A stretch of 64,000 nt of DNA. Origin: an uncultured delta proteobacterium (GTDB taxonomy: Bacteria; Desulfobacterota; Desulfuromonadia; Desulfuromonadales; JACZKF01). Positions 48,617-59,658 of the stretch are shown here, piece by piece. Each line of letters starts with the position of its first letter. Position 1 is the stretch's first letter. The position numbers and the translations under genes are program-made. The notes below the pieces were generated by a model. That model ran no database searches. It was given only the letters and a program-made list of their open reading frames with translations, and was not told where the DNA came from. The stretch lies in assembly GCA_963816395.1 (NCBI GenBank), contig CAWFKQ010000007.1, positions 320,001 to 384,000 on the forward strand, given 5' to 3'.

Positions 48617-51600
48617 TCAGACCCAGAAGGCTTTTCGGCCTGGCTCGGTGTCCTCTCGTTCGGCTTCGGCCTGCTCGGTTATCGGCCGGCGCCGGCTCCT
48701 TCCCGGGCTGCGCGGCTGGCTCTGCGGGTATTCCCTCCGCAACCGGGGCCTGCTTTTCGGGTCTCCGGCGGCGAGGGGCTGCCGGCCTGTCGATTGCGAA
48801 CAGGTACGTATCGAGCGAAGCGACGGGGCCGCTGGCCTCTTCCGGCTTGTCATAGCGGGCCGGTACGAGCTTGGCCAATTTCTGCAGGCTCTTGTCGATC
48901 CATTCGTTGTAGATGCCCTGGGAGATCAGCTGGAGATTTTTCTCGTGGATTTCGATGGACTTCTCCTCGAACGGATAGGCCTGCTCTTCGATGGCCAGAT
49001 TGTACTGCTCCAGCTCCAGGGGGCTCAGCCCTTCGGGACGCTCGGACTTCGTCAGGGACTTGCTGAAATGGCCATAGATCTCGGCCAGGTAGAATGTGGC
49101 CGCGGCAGTGACCTCCCCGACCTGATAATCCAGTAGGCTGCTGAATTCCCGCGTAGCCGCCTTCATCAGGTCCCGCTTCTTGCGCAGATTGACCTCAAGG
49201 GGTTTTTCCAGCCTGACCTGCACGAACTGGTCATATCTGACCTCGGCCAGCACCAGGGCGGCCTGCGCGGCAAGATAGCGGGTCCGGGCGGTCCGCGCGC
49301 TCCCCGCAGAGGCATCGATGGCAACGATCTGCCTGAGTTCGTCCAGATAGTTTTTCCATTCCTCCTGCGACTTCAGGATGGTGGCGATTTTGTTGCGTGT
49401 TTCCAGGTTGGCCTCCACCGGCGCCGGGAAATAGTTCACGTAGCGCCGGTAAACATCGAGGGCGCGGGCGCTGTTGCCCGCCTGTTCATGCAGCTGGGCG
49501 GCGACCAGGAGCGCCTCCCGTCGGACCTCGTCGTCCTTCGATTCCTGTTCAATGCGTTCATATTCATCGGCCGCCAGGGAAAGCTTGCCCTCTTCCTTGT
49601 AGACATAGGCGATCTTCTTGGTCACCTCGGGCTGCAGCTGATTGCCGGGGAAAGCCTCGCGGAAACCTGTCAGCACGGTGGCCGCCATTTCCCAGTCCTT
49701 GACCTCGATCAGGGCGGCGGCGGCATCGTATTCGGCGTTCGGCCTGATCTTGGAGGTGGGCGCCAGCCGGCCTACCCGCAGAAAGTGGTCCGCGGCCGCC
49801 CGGAAATCACCCTTTGCTCTCGCCTGTTCCCCCTGCTTGTAAATCGACGCCGCGAGATTGTCGATCAGGGCATCGCGCGTCTTGTCCCCGGGCGGCAGCA
49901 GCGTCAGGACCTTCCCATAGGCGGTTTCGGCCTCGCCGTAGTTCAGAAGCTCGTAGGAGGAATGGCCGACGACCAGCCAGGCGGAGCGCATGACCTCGAC
50001 ATCGGCGCCGGGGAAGACCTCGATGAGCTTGCGCGCGGCGGCCAGCGCCTGCGCATACTCCTTCATGCCGTAGAGATCGTCCGCGGCCGCCCCGAGGACG
50101 ATCGCCGCCTTCTCGTGCTCCGGGAAGGTTTCGGCGAATTTCAGGGAGCTGCGTACCACCTCCCGCCTGACCTGGTCCTTGTCGGCCGGGGCGGCCGCGG
50201 CGAGATGCTGCCGGTAGGCATACACCGCCGCGTAGCCGGCCGTGGAGGATTTCGCATGGCGAGGGTAGTCGTACGCGGTCTTCTCGTATTCCACCGCCGC
50301 CTCGCGGAAGGAGCGGTTTTCCAGAAGAAGATCCGCCAACTCGTAATTGATCCCCGGCGATTCGCTATCCTGCGGGAAGGAAACGAGGAATTCCCGATGC
50401 CAGTGCAGCGCCTCGGCGAAATTCGCCGGCTTCTCTTCGGCGTGCCGCGGGTCCTGGTACAGGGCGTGGTAATGGTTCGCCAGGTCTTTCAGGTTGGTTT
50501 TCAGGTAACCGAGGACCTCCGGATAGTCGCCCGGCTGGAAATGCTGCCAGTATTCGGCCTGCAGGCCGTACTTCCTGGCGAATTCCTTTTTCGCGTCGAT
50601 GACCAGACTGGGGAAGCCGCCCGCCATATCGATCTCGATGACCCGCATGAGGAAGTGCGGGGACATCTTATGGAAAGGGTTGCGGTTCGACAAAGGCGTT
50701 GTAGGTGGCGACGGCGTCGCTGTAGCGCCGCTTGTCGAAATAATATTCGCCCAGGTTGCGATAGACGCCGTCCTCGTAAGTGCGCCGCCCGTGCCGCGAG
50801 AAGTAGTCCGCCACGGCATCGGCGCCGCCCAGATAGGAGAAACTCAGGCTGATGACGCGGAAGGTGTCTTCCATGCGCTTGCGTTCCGGCTCGTCCTTGG
50901 TCTGCGCGAAGTCGTATCCCACGGACACCTTGTAATCGAGCAGCGCAATGAATTTGTCCAGGGCCTCCGGGTAGAGTTCCTGCTTGTAGAAGGTCCAGCC
51001 CAGTTTGTACAGGGCGAGCTGAAAGAAGGAGGAACCGACGCCGATATCCACGATGGCCGTGTAGGCTTCCTCGGCGTCCAGATAGCGCCGGCGCGTAAAG
51101 AAGTATTCGGCCCGCCGGAACTGCACTTCGTCGAGATAACGGGACCGCGGGAAATCGTGAACCAGCCGGTTCATGACCTGCATGGCCTCGTCGATCCGCC
51201 CCAGCTCCTCATAGGCACGCGACATCTGGTAGAGCACCTGGTCGTTGCGCTCGTAGTGCGGGTATTCCTTGAGCAGTTTCCGGTAGAGAGCGATGCGCCT
51301 CCAGCGGCCCCGCCTTTTCCAGATCGTCGCCCCCCGGCGCCGGGGCGCCCGTAGCGGCTGCCGCGCCGGCCACCGGCAGGCTGCCGGCCGCCCGCCTCTC
51401 GAAATGCGGCGTCGGACTCAGAATCCCCTCCCCTTCAAGGGGAGGGCCAGGGTGGGGATGGGGTTCATCAATCCCACCCTCACCCCGGCCCTCTCCCTGA
51501 GGGAGAGGGAGCCTTCTGGGACATAAGTTGGGCTGAGTTGACGCCTGTGCCCGTCAGGGCAGAGGGGGTCTTTTCCCCGCCCGCCGGCTCATCGCCCGGG

Positions 51601-51857
51601 GTGAGCAGGCCGTATTCCCTCTCGACCTTCAGGTCGGCCAGGCGGCGGATGGCCTCGGGAGCCAGGGCCGAGTCCGGCGCTTCCTGCAGAAAACGCTGAT
51701 AACTCTCCATCGCTTTTTCGAGACCGCCGGCGGCTTCCTCTTCCTTGATTTCGATATGCACGTTCCGCAACTGGGCGATCGTCCCCTGGTTGTCGGCCGC
51801 CGTACAGGCAGCAAGAAACAGCGGCAGCGCGAACAGGACAAGTCGGATCCGGCTCAT
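48617..51857 (-). CDS. Large TPR lipoprotein (GltD/AgmU-like); frameshifts and an internal palindromic insertion; 3' end uncertain
   Basis: Lipobox FLAAC (ORF 51480..51857), NDQVLYQMSRAYE (50668..51237), many TPRs and ERPEGL..EEQAYPFEEKSIEIHEKN..PARY (48477..50819). Confidence 0.82.
51424..51511. repeat. CCCTCTCCC/GGGAGAGGG palindromic doublet inside the TPR gene
   Basis: Hairpins CCCTCCCCTT-C-AAGGGGAGGG and CCCTCTCCCT-G-AGGGAGAGGG arranged as an inverted pair. Confidence 0.85.
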
Positions 51858-53779
51858 GGCTCCTCCTGCTTCCGGCCCTGGGCCCTGGCGGCGCGGTCAT
51901 AGCTGTCGGCCAGGGCGAAACGCGCCTTGACCTCGAACTCTTCCAGCCGCTCGCGGCGCCTGGTGAGTTCATTCACCGCCATGACTTCCAGCAGGTGCCC
52001 CTGACGCGCCATCAGCGCCCCCGCCTTTTCCCGGGCCGCCTGGATCAGGAGCCGCTGGCGGCGGATCACCTCGTCGTAGCCTTCGTAGCTCTGCGTGGCG
52101 GCCTGGCGGGTACGTACGAAGGCGGTGTACTGCCTGTTCAACCGCTCCACGACCTGGTTCAGCTCGCGAAGGTCCTTGAAAGCTTCGGTCAGGCGGCGGT
52201 CATAATCGGTATAGATGTTCCAGTCCAACACGCCCCGCAGCCGCCGGATGCGGGCCTCGATCCCAGGGGCGCCGGCGCGCCGCCGGCAGCCAGGGTCTTC
52301 TCCAGATGCGCAAGCCGTTCGCCGAGGATACGCTCCTGGGCGGTCGCCAGATAATCGGGACGCGGCGCCGTCAGCATCGCCTGCAGACGTTTCTCGATGC
52401 GCTCCCGCTGCTCCAGGCGCAGCCGCATCTGCGAGTCCAGCCGCCTGAATTCCCGGTCGATCGCGGGGAGCAGCGGCTGGTAATAGGCCCGGCGCTGCGC
52501 AATGAGCTCCTCGAAGGCGTCCAGGTCCCCTTCCCAGACCGCCAGTTTCCTGCGCAGTTCCTCCAGGTCGAGATAGTTCTTCAGCGATTCCTGAAAATCG
52601 TTGGAAGCCATCAGGTCGAGCAGGTAATAGGTTTCGGGCGCTTCCGGCAGGTTGCGCAGCTTGACCACCCAGTCGGCATCCTGTTTCAGTTCCTCCCGCA
52701 CCAGGGCCCGGAGGAAATTTGCCCTCGCGGATACTCTTGATCGAGGCGCCGAGCTTGTCGATTTCCTTGCCGAAGGCCTCCAGGGCGCTGCCATACAGCA
52801 GTGCCGCCCGGCCGTAGACGTTCAGTTTGCCGTAGGCGTAAGGCAGGGCGAGCAGGCCTTCCTGCACCGCCGGGTCGGTGACCTCTCGCTTGACCAGGAG
52901 GCTCCAGGGCACGAGCGCCCTTGCGAAATTACCCTGGGAGGCATCGGCCCACCCCGAACCGAGCAGCGCCCGGTTGGAGAACGGGCCGCTGAGCCGCACC
53001 CGATCGAGCACCTCTTTGGCGCCCTCGGGATTGTGTTCATCCAGAAGCTTGTAGCCGAGGACCAGGTTCGACTTGTCCTTGATCGCCAGCGTGGCAGGGC
53101 GGTCGCTGATGATCTGCCCGGTACGGTCGAGGTACTGACGCCCCTCCTGCGTCCTTGCCGTCCCGCAGCAGGGCGATGCCAAGGTTGTAGGTGGTGAAAC
53201 CTTCCAGGCTCTTGGCGCTCTGCAGCCCTTGCAAAATGTGCGCGGCATCGGTGAAGCGGCCGAGCGCCAGGAAAATCTGCGCCCGCAGGAATTCCAGGTC
53301 GTCACGAATCCCGGCGGGAACCGCCCCGCGGATCTGTTCCACGGCATGCAGGGCATCTTCCGGCTGGTCTTTGCGGAAGTAGATCCGGGCCAGGCGGAAG
53401 ATGGCCTCATTACGTACGGTATCCTTGACCTTGCCCTCGATGACTCGCTTGATGGCGCGCCCGGCGCGCTGGTGCATCCGGTAGGCCAGTTCGAAATCAC
53501 CCACGGCAAACTCGGCCTGGCCGATGTGGTAGAAAAGGGTGTCGCGCTCGGGTTCATCGACCCTGTGGAACTGCTCCAGTTCGGTATCGAGCCGGGCGAT
53601 GGCGTCGAACCAGTCCCCCTGAAAAGCGTAATACAGGGCCTCGCCGAAGTAGAGATCCTTCAGCTCTTTCGGAGCGGTCGTGCTGGCCCGGTCACTCGGG
53701 CCCGCGGCGGCGGGGGTGCCGGCCGCCAGCGGAGGGAGACGAGCAGCAGAATTGTCAGAAAAACAAGAAGCCTGATCAT
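51854..53779 (-). CDS. Secreted TPR + coiled-coil protein (GltC-like; several frameshifts)
   Basis: Signal MIRLLVFLTILLLV; KDLYFGEALYYAFQGDWFDAI; RVRLSGPFSNRALLGSGW; C-terminus ARFALADSYDRA. Confidence 0.8.
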
Positions 53780-53799
53780 GAAGGTCTCTCAGGGTTTGA

Positions 53800-53858
53800 G
53801 CCGCGCCAGATCCGACCGATCAGTCCGATCGGACCGATCCGACGGATCAGACGCGGCC
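53800..53858. repeat. GWCNGATCN nonamer element, copy C
   Basis: gccgc gccagatcc gaccgatca gtccgatcg gaccgatcc gacggatca gacgcggcc. Confidence 0.9.
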
Positions 53859-53866
53859 GTCGCGAC

Positions 53867-54379
53867 CTACCAATCTTTGAGGCTGATTGCCCGTTCAGCC
53901 AGGGTGATTTCAACGATCTTGGGTCCCACGTCCTTGACCACCTTGAAGCTCTGCGTCCGGCGGATATCGGTGCCCCCGGACTTGCCGATGAGGGTCACCT
54001 GCAGGTCGTGTTCACCGGTTGTGATGTTGCCGGTGTAGATCCGCTGCACCCCTCCCTTCTGCAGGGCTTCGAGCTCCTTGAAGGTATAAAGGTGTTGGGC
54101 GACGGGCTTGCCGCCGAGCTGGATCTCGACGGAATCGAGGCGAAACTTCTCGCCGCCGGCCAGCGCTACGAACACCGCGACCTGGGTATTGGACGGATAG
54201 AGCAGCTTCTCTTCCAGCTGGTTCAGTTCCGCGGCGATGCCGAGAACATCGGTCTTGATGTCCTGCACCTGTTCGTCCAGTCCCTTGATCTGTTCCTTGG
54301 AGACTTCCTCCGCATGGGCGGCGCAGGTCAACAGGAACGTCGAGATCACTAAAACGGCCAGTCTTGTGGTTTTGCGCAT
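53867..54379 (-). CDS. Secreted coiled-coil + beta-sandwich hypothetical protein
   Basis: Signal peptide ending AHA; LDEQVQDIKTDVL..LEEKLLYPSNTQVAVFV..ALQKGGVQRIY.GN; no HTH. Confidence 0.8.
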   Translation of the reverse strand: MRKTTRLAVLVISTFLLTCAAHAEEVSKEQIKGLDEQVQDIKTDVLGIAAELNQLEEKLLYPSNTQVAVFVALAGGEKFRLDSVEIQLGGKPVAQHLYTFKELEALQKGGVQRIYTGNITTGEHDLQVTLIGKSGGTDIRRTQSFKVVKDVGPKIVEITLAERAISLKDW

Positions 54380-54399
54380 GGTTGCCACCTTTTTTAATT

Positions 54400-54458
54400 G
54401 CCGCGTCGGATCAGACAGATCCGTCTGATCGGACCGATCCGACCGATCGGACGCGGCC
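54400..54458. repeat. GWCNGATCN nonamer element, copy D
   Basis: gccgc gtcggatca gacagatcc gtctgatcg gaccgatcc gaccgatcg gacgcggcc. Confidence 0.9.
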
Positions 54459-54459
54459 A

Positions 54460-57400
54460 CTAGATCTTCCCGATGATATTGATGAACACCCCCTGGTGGT
54501 CGTAATCCAGGTCGGTCAGGTCATCCGAGAATTTGCTGAAGTTGTAGCCGACCCCCAGCTTGACGTAATTGCCCAGGTGCCGATAGATACCCAGCAGCAC
54601 GCCGCCGAGCATGTCCTGGGCGTCCGGCAGGTCGAGCAGGCGCCCCTCGACCAGGGCATCCCAGCGGTGGACGAAGTGCCAGTCCGCCCGCAGCACCACC
54701 AGGTGGGCCCGGCTGGCGAAGAAATCCCGGTTGGCCCGGTCCTGGCTCACCTGCCCGTAGCGATAGGCGTATTTGCCCCCCAAGGTCCAGCGCGGCGTCA
54801 GGTCATACATGACATCGACCGCCCCGATGTGGCTGCGCTGGATGACGCCGGATCCCGCATCCTCGACGATCACCTGATCGGCCGCCGGGACATTGTAGAA
54901 ATAGGTGTACTTGAACAGGGCATTGAGGCGGTCGTTAGCGACGGGGCGATAGGCGTAGCCCAGGACTGCTTCGGTGTAGTCGCCGTCGTAGAACTGCCCC
55001 TGCGAACTGTCGCTGTGGGCGTAATTGAACTTGCCGACCAGACGCCAGTCGGGGGACAGCTGATAGCGGAGGCTGTTTTTCACCAGCCAGGTGGTGCGCC
55101 GGCTGGTGCTGGTATCCGGCTGCTCGGCATCGTCCACCCGGTATTCCAGGGCGCTGGCGATCTTCAGCGCCTGGAACCCGTAGCCGACGCTCACCCCCGC
55201 TGCCGTCCTCTGGAGCTCGGCCCCCGTCTGATGATCCTTAAGCGTGCCGAAATCGAGGTTCGCACCGAGGTTGAGGCGATCGGTGGGCGCCAGTTGCACG
55301 CCGGTGGAATGCATCAGGCCGGTCGGCACGTCGCCATGGGTGTAGCGCTCTTCGAGATAGACACTGGCGCTGTCCGAATATCGCGTGCGGAACCCGGAAA
55401 CCATGTTGCCCTTCCTGGCCCGCAGACCGTTGTCGGTGCGGTCGTTCTCCAGAACATAATTGAGGTAGATGGTGGTCCGATCGGAATAGAGGTACTCCGT
55501 TCCGAGTCGGCCGCCCGCCCCGAGATCGCCGCCGGAAACCTCACCTTCCACCTTGAAGCGGTCGGTCAGCCGGTAACTGCCGCCGGTGCCGATCCGGCCG
55601 TTGTCCTCACGGTTGCCGGTCGTCTGGACGGACTGCTGCGCGAAACCGTAGGCATTCCAGCGCGCGCGGGAATCGTACTGCAGCCGGGCCACCGCATCCG
55701 TGCGATCGCCCTCATCCTGGGTCGAAGGGACCACCGCCGAGTTGTCCTGGCGGCTGTCGCGGCGCACCCCCGAGCTTACGGTCCAGTGTTCGCTCGCCTG
55801 ATAGTCGAGATCCAGCTCGGCGGCTTTCCGTCTCCAGCCCCTGGCGCTGCACCTCCCTGTCGCCTTTGAAGCGCATGCCCAGGCGATCGGTGAGAGGCAG
55901 CGCCGCCGTGCCGCCGTACTGGTTCGTATCCCTGGCGGTGGCCAGCCCCGGCGCCGAATAGCCGGCCTCGAGGTCCTGCAGGTAGAAGGTGACCCGCCCC
56001 CGCCCCTGCTTGAAGAGGTCCTGCAGGCCGAGGCTGGAATCGACGCGGTAGGCCCAGGCCTCGATGTCGCTGCCGTCCAGGGGATCGACCAGTTCGTTGT
56101 TGAAGCCGCCGTCGATGGAGCTCGTGGTGAGGACGCCCGGCCCTCGACTGCGGCCGGCTTCGAGCCTGACCCACGATTCCGCGGACTTGCGGAGGGTCAC
56201 ATCCGCCGCGCCCAGGTTGTCCTCGTTTCCCGCATCCTTATCCCGGCTGGCGGTTACCCCGACCTTCACATGGTCGTTGAACCAGTAATGAATCCGTCCG
56301 CCCGTCGTCAGGGTGTCCACTTCATCGACCCCGGGGGTGAACTCGTACCGGGCCACCAGGAAGACGGGATTGCCGCTGTCGGAGCCGCTTTGCACGAGCA
56401 GACTGTCGTCCGCCGTCGACGCCAGGGGCTGCGCCAGCAGGATGCGCCCCTGCAGGTAGTCGATGTCGTAATCGAGGGCCGGAGTCAGGTTCTTGACGCT
56501 CAGCACCATGCCCGAATCCTTGTCGCGGATCTCGATGCGCAGGCGCTCGGAACCCTCCAGGATGTCCTGCCGGCGCAGGTAATAGAGCGACCCGTCGGTT
56601 CCCCGAAACTCATCACGCCCCGCCACCGTCCCCGGTTCGGCGGCAAAGCCGTCGAGCAGGAAGCGCTGTTCGCCGAAGCTGGTGGCAGCGCGGGTCTGGT
56701 AGTGCAGGTTCGCCCCGTAAAGACCCCGGTCGACGTGCGCCAGGTAGTTGTCGGTGTAGCCGATCTTGAAGTTGCCCCAGAGGGCGTAATTTTCTTCTTT
56801 GGTCAACCGGAGATAGAACTTGCCGTTGGTCGGCGCATCTTCCACGACGGTGCTGTCGTCGCCGAAGGTCGGGTAGTGGTAATCCGGGTCGATGCGCCGG
56901 AACAGCGCCTCGGGCGACTTGTCGAGGAAGTTGGTGAAGATCTCGTCCAGCGGGCCTTCGCGCGTATCGGCGCTGGCGGTGAGTCCCCAGCCGCTGCCGA
57001 ATTTGCCCTTGCTGTAGAATGCCAGGCGCCCCTGGAGGTCCGTGTCGTCGCTGTACTGCGGATTGTCCGGGGCGAGCAGCTTGGCCGGGCCGTTCGTCTT
57101 GTTGGCGGCCAGGGTGAGGTCGGCGATCCCCACGGTGAACCAGTCGCTCTTCTGCAGCGCCAGATCGCGCAGGAACAGCTCGCCGTTGCCCGCTTTGTCG
57201 AGGACGGCAACCTCGACGGTCTGCATCCCTTCCGGCAGGATTTCTTCCGCCACGAAAGCGCCCTTGCCGTCCACCGGCGCGGCATAGCCGGCCAGCCATA
57301 CCCCATAGCCGGCGGGGATCGCGCTGCCCTGGGCCTGCACCGTGCCGCCGTGCAGGGGGATATTCCGGCCGGCGATACGGCTCTCGCCGTAACCGGCCAG

Positions 57401-59562
57401 CAGTTCCTCGCCGGGATTCGCCGCGGCGACGGCGGGATCGATCTGGTCGGCCACCCACAGGGGCTGGGGAACGGTCTCGTCGAAGTGCCCCTCTCCGTCG
57501 TAGACGCGAACCAGGTATTTCAACTGGCGCACCGGCGCGGAGAAGGACTCGAAGACGGGCTGCCACTGCGCCATGCCGTTATCATCCATCGCGATGACGG
57601 CGAAGGGCGTGTCGCGGACGGACTGCTCCTCTGCGAAAACCCTGACCTCCGCCCGCGCAATGAAGCTGTGGTAGTTGGTATACAGGCGGAAGCGGACCAG
57701 GTTCTCCGCGAATGCGGTATCCGCCACGTCCTGATAGCGGATGGTGCGCGGCCAGGCGGTCACGTTCAGCCGCGGTTCCGTCTGCAGGTCGTCGTATTTG
57801 AACTGGATACGGGCGTTGTCCAGGGCCACGTCGGTGCAGCGCTGCACATCCGGGATACTCTTGCCCGGATCATCGATCGGCTTTCCGTCGACGGTGATGC
57901 GCATGAGATTCAGCCCGAAGGGATCGGCCGGACTCACCTCGCGGGTCATCGGGGTGATCTCCACCCCCTCGTAGTCATCGAGAGGGACCAGCTCATCGTA
58001 GACGACCTGCACCCGGACCCGGGACGTGTCCGACTCGATAAAGCCGGTGTTGACCACGTCATCGGACTGGACATAGCCGCGCCCTTCGAACTCCGCCTGA
58101 TCCTCCGGCAATCCCATCTGCGCGCAGACGGCCGCCATGGCCCGGCGGGCCCGCGCCATGGACAGGCCGATATCGTCGCCATAGATCGCGGCGGTCCGCC
58201 GGTCGAGTCGCTGGTCGCCGGTGTAGCCGACAAACCGCAGGCGCAGATGGGACTTGTCCCCGGCTTCGGCCATGATCCGGCGCAGGCGCGTCGGTGTAGC
58301 CGGCGGGCAGCACCGGCTTGCCGTTTTCGAACAGGATCGGCTCGATCCCCCCCGATGGCGAGTCGTAGACCCGGGTGACGGTTTCCGCACCGGCGGCGTC
58401 CGGGCACATCTGCGGCTCATCAGGCAGCTCCTGGAGCGGGTCGTCGTGCCAGAACTCCACTTCGACGCGCCGGTTCAGCGCCCGCCCCTGGGGGGTATCG
58501 TTGGCGGCGGCCGGCCGCGTCGCCCCCCTGCCCTCGCTTTCAATGGCGGCATTGGGCAGGCCGAGGGCCTCCTGAACGGCCAGGGAAACGCGCCGGGCCA
58601 CCGCCTTCGACAGCCCCACAGGGTTGCCGTAGATGCGCTCGTCCCGTCCGACCAGCGGGGTATTGTCGGTATAGGCGGTGAACTTGACGACGACATTCTG
58701 CTTGCCGTGAAGATTCTGCAGCGCCTGCCGGATCTGCTGCAGGAATGCCTCCGGCACGCTCACCATCCCTTCATCGTAATGCAGGGGCGCAATCAGGTTT
58801 CTCACCCGGACGCGATGGGAATGGCCTTCCTTGTAACGCAGCTTGCAGACGGTCTCGGTGCGGCAGACCTTGATGCGATTCACCTCGCGGTGGACGACCA
58901 CCTCCTTCTCGACCGGCTTTTCGCCGATCTCGTCATACCAGACCTGCACCTCCACGCGCCGGTTGCGCGCCCGTCCTTCCTCGGTCGCATTGCTGGCGAC
59001 CGGCTGGCTGTCGCCTACCCCTTCATAGGAGATGGCTTCCGGGGGAAGCCCCAGGGCCCGCTGGAAATATTCGGCGACCGTGCCCGCCCGCTCGCGGGAA
59101 AGGCCGATGTTGTCCCCGTACCGCTGCTATCAGATCGCCTCGGAGCGGCAGGGAATCGGTATGGCCGATAAAGTGGAGCCGCACGTTTTGGCGATCCCGC
59201 ATGCTATCGAGCACGCCGCGCAGCAGCTCGAGGTAGTTTGCGGGGATATCGGCCTCCCCCAGGGGGAACAGGATGGGCGGAACCAGGTTGTCCAGCTTGA
59301 TCGTTTTGACCACCTTTTCGACGACTTGGCGCTTCTCCGTGCGATCGCCCTGGTCCTCGTCGAAGATGGAGGGGTCATGGGCCCATGGGGTGAAGGCCTG
59401 ATCGGACGGCAGATGCTCCTCCACCGTCTCGCCGCGCGCCGCCGTTTCCCATACCCCGGCGTGCGTGCCGGCAACGGCGGCCGTCTCCGCGGCCGCGGAG
59501 GGACCCGCGGCGGCCGCGAAGGCAAGGTAGAAGCAAAAGATGGCGAGGGTGCACTTCAGCAT
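54460..59562 (-). CDS. Giant (about 1700 aa) outer-membrane protein: three OmpA/MotB-like peptidoglycan-binding domains, Ig-like segment, C-terminal beta-barrel (frameshifts near 59125, 58290, 55820)
   Basis: FIGHTDS..NRRVEVQVW; AYTDN..LSKAVARRV..LNRRVEVEFW; FVGYTG..LSMARA; amphipathic strands ending KLGVGYNFSKFSDDL..GVFINIIGKI. Confidence 0.82.
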
Positions 59563-59594
59563 GGGTTCCAAATGCAATGGGTGAAAAAGCTCCC

Positions 59595-59654
59595 GGCCGC
59601 GTCTGATCTGACCGTTCAGTCGGATCAGACGGATCGGACCGATCAGACGCGGCC
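59595..59654. repeat. GWCNGATCN nonamer element, copy E
   Basis: ggccgc gtctgatct gaccgttca gtcggatca gacggatcg gaccgatca gacgcggcc. Confidence 0.9.
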
Positions 59655-59658
59655 CTGT

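Noticed and set aside
51435..51482. In-frame TGA codons as selenocysteine or genetic-code reassignment
   Set aside because: They lie within a palindromic repeat, not at Cys-equivalent positions, and TGA is the normal stop for many genes in the window
53867..54460. N-terminal SDRSDQTD peptide repeats, or a transcription-regulator identity for this ORF
   Set aside because: The peptide is the translated intergenic nonamer element; the real start is 54379 with a signal peptide and there is no HTH
54460..59562. Flagellar MotB or TonB-dependent receptor
   Set aside because: It has multiple OmpA-like domains plus a barrel, with no MotB TM motif and no recognisable plug or TonB box
47693..59654. 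Nonamer repeats as a CRISPR array
   Set aside because: Units are contiguous, there are no unique spacers, copies are dispersed and no cas genes are present
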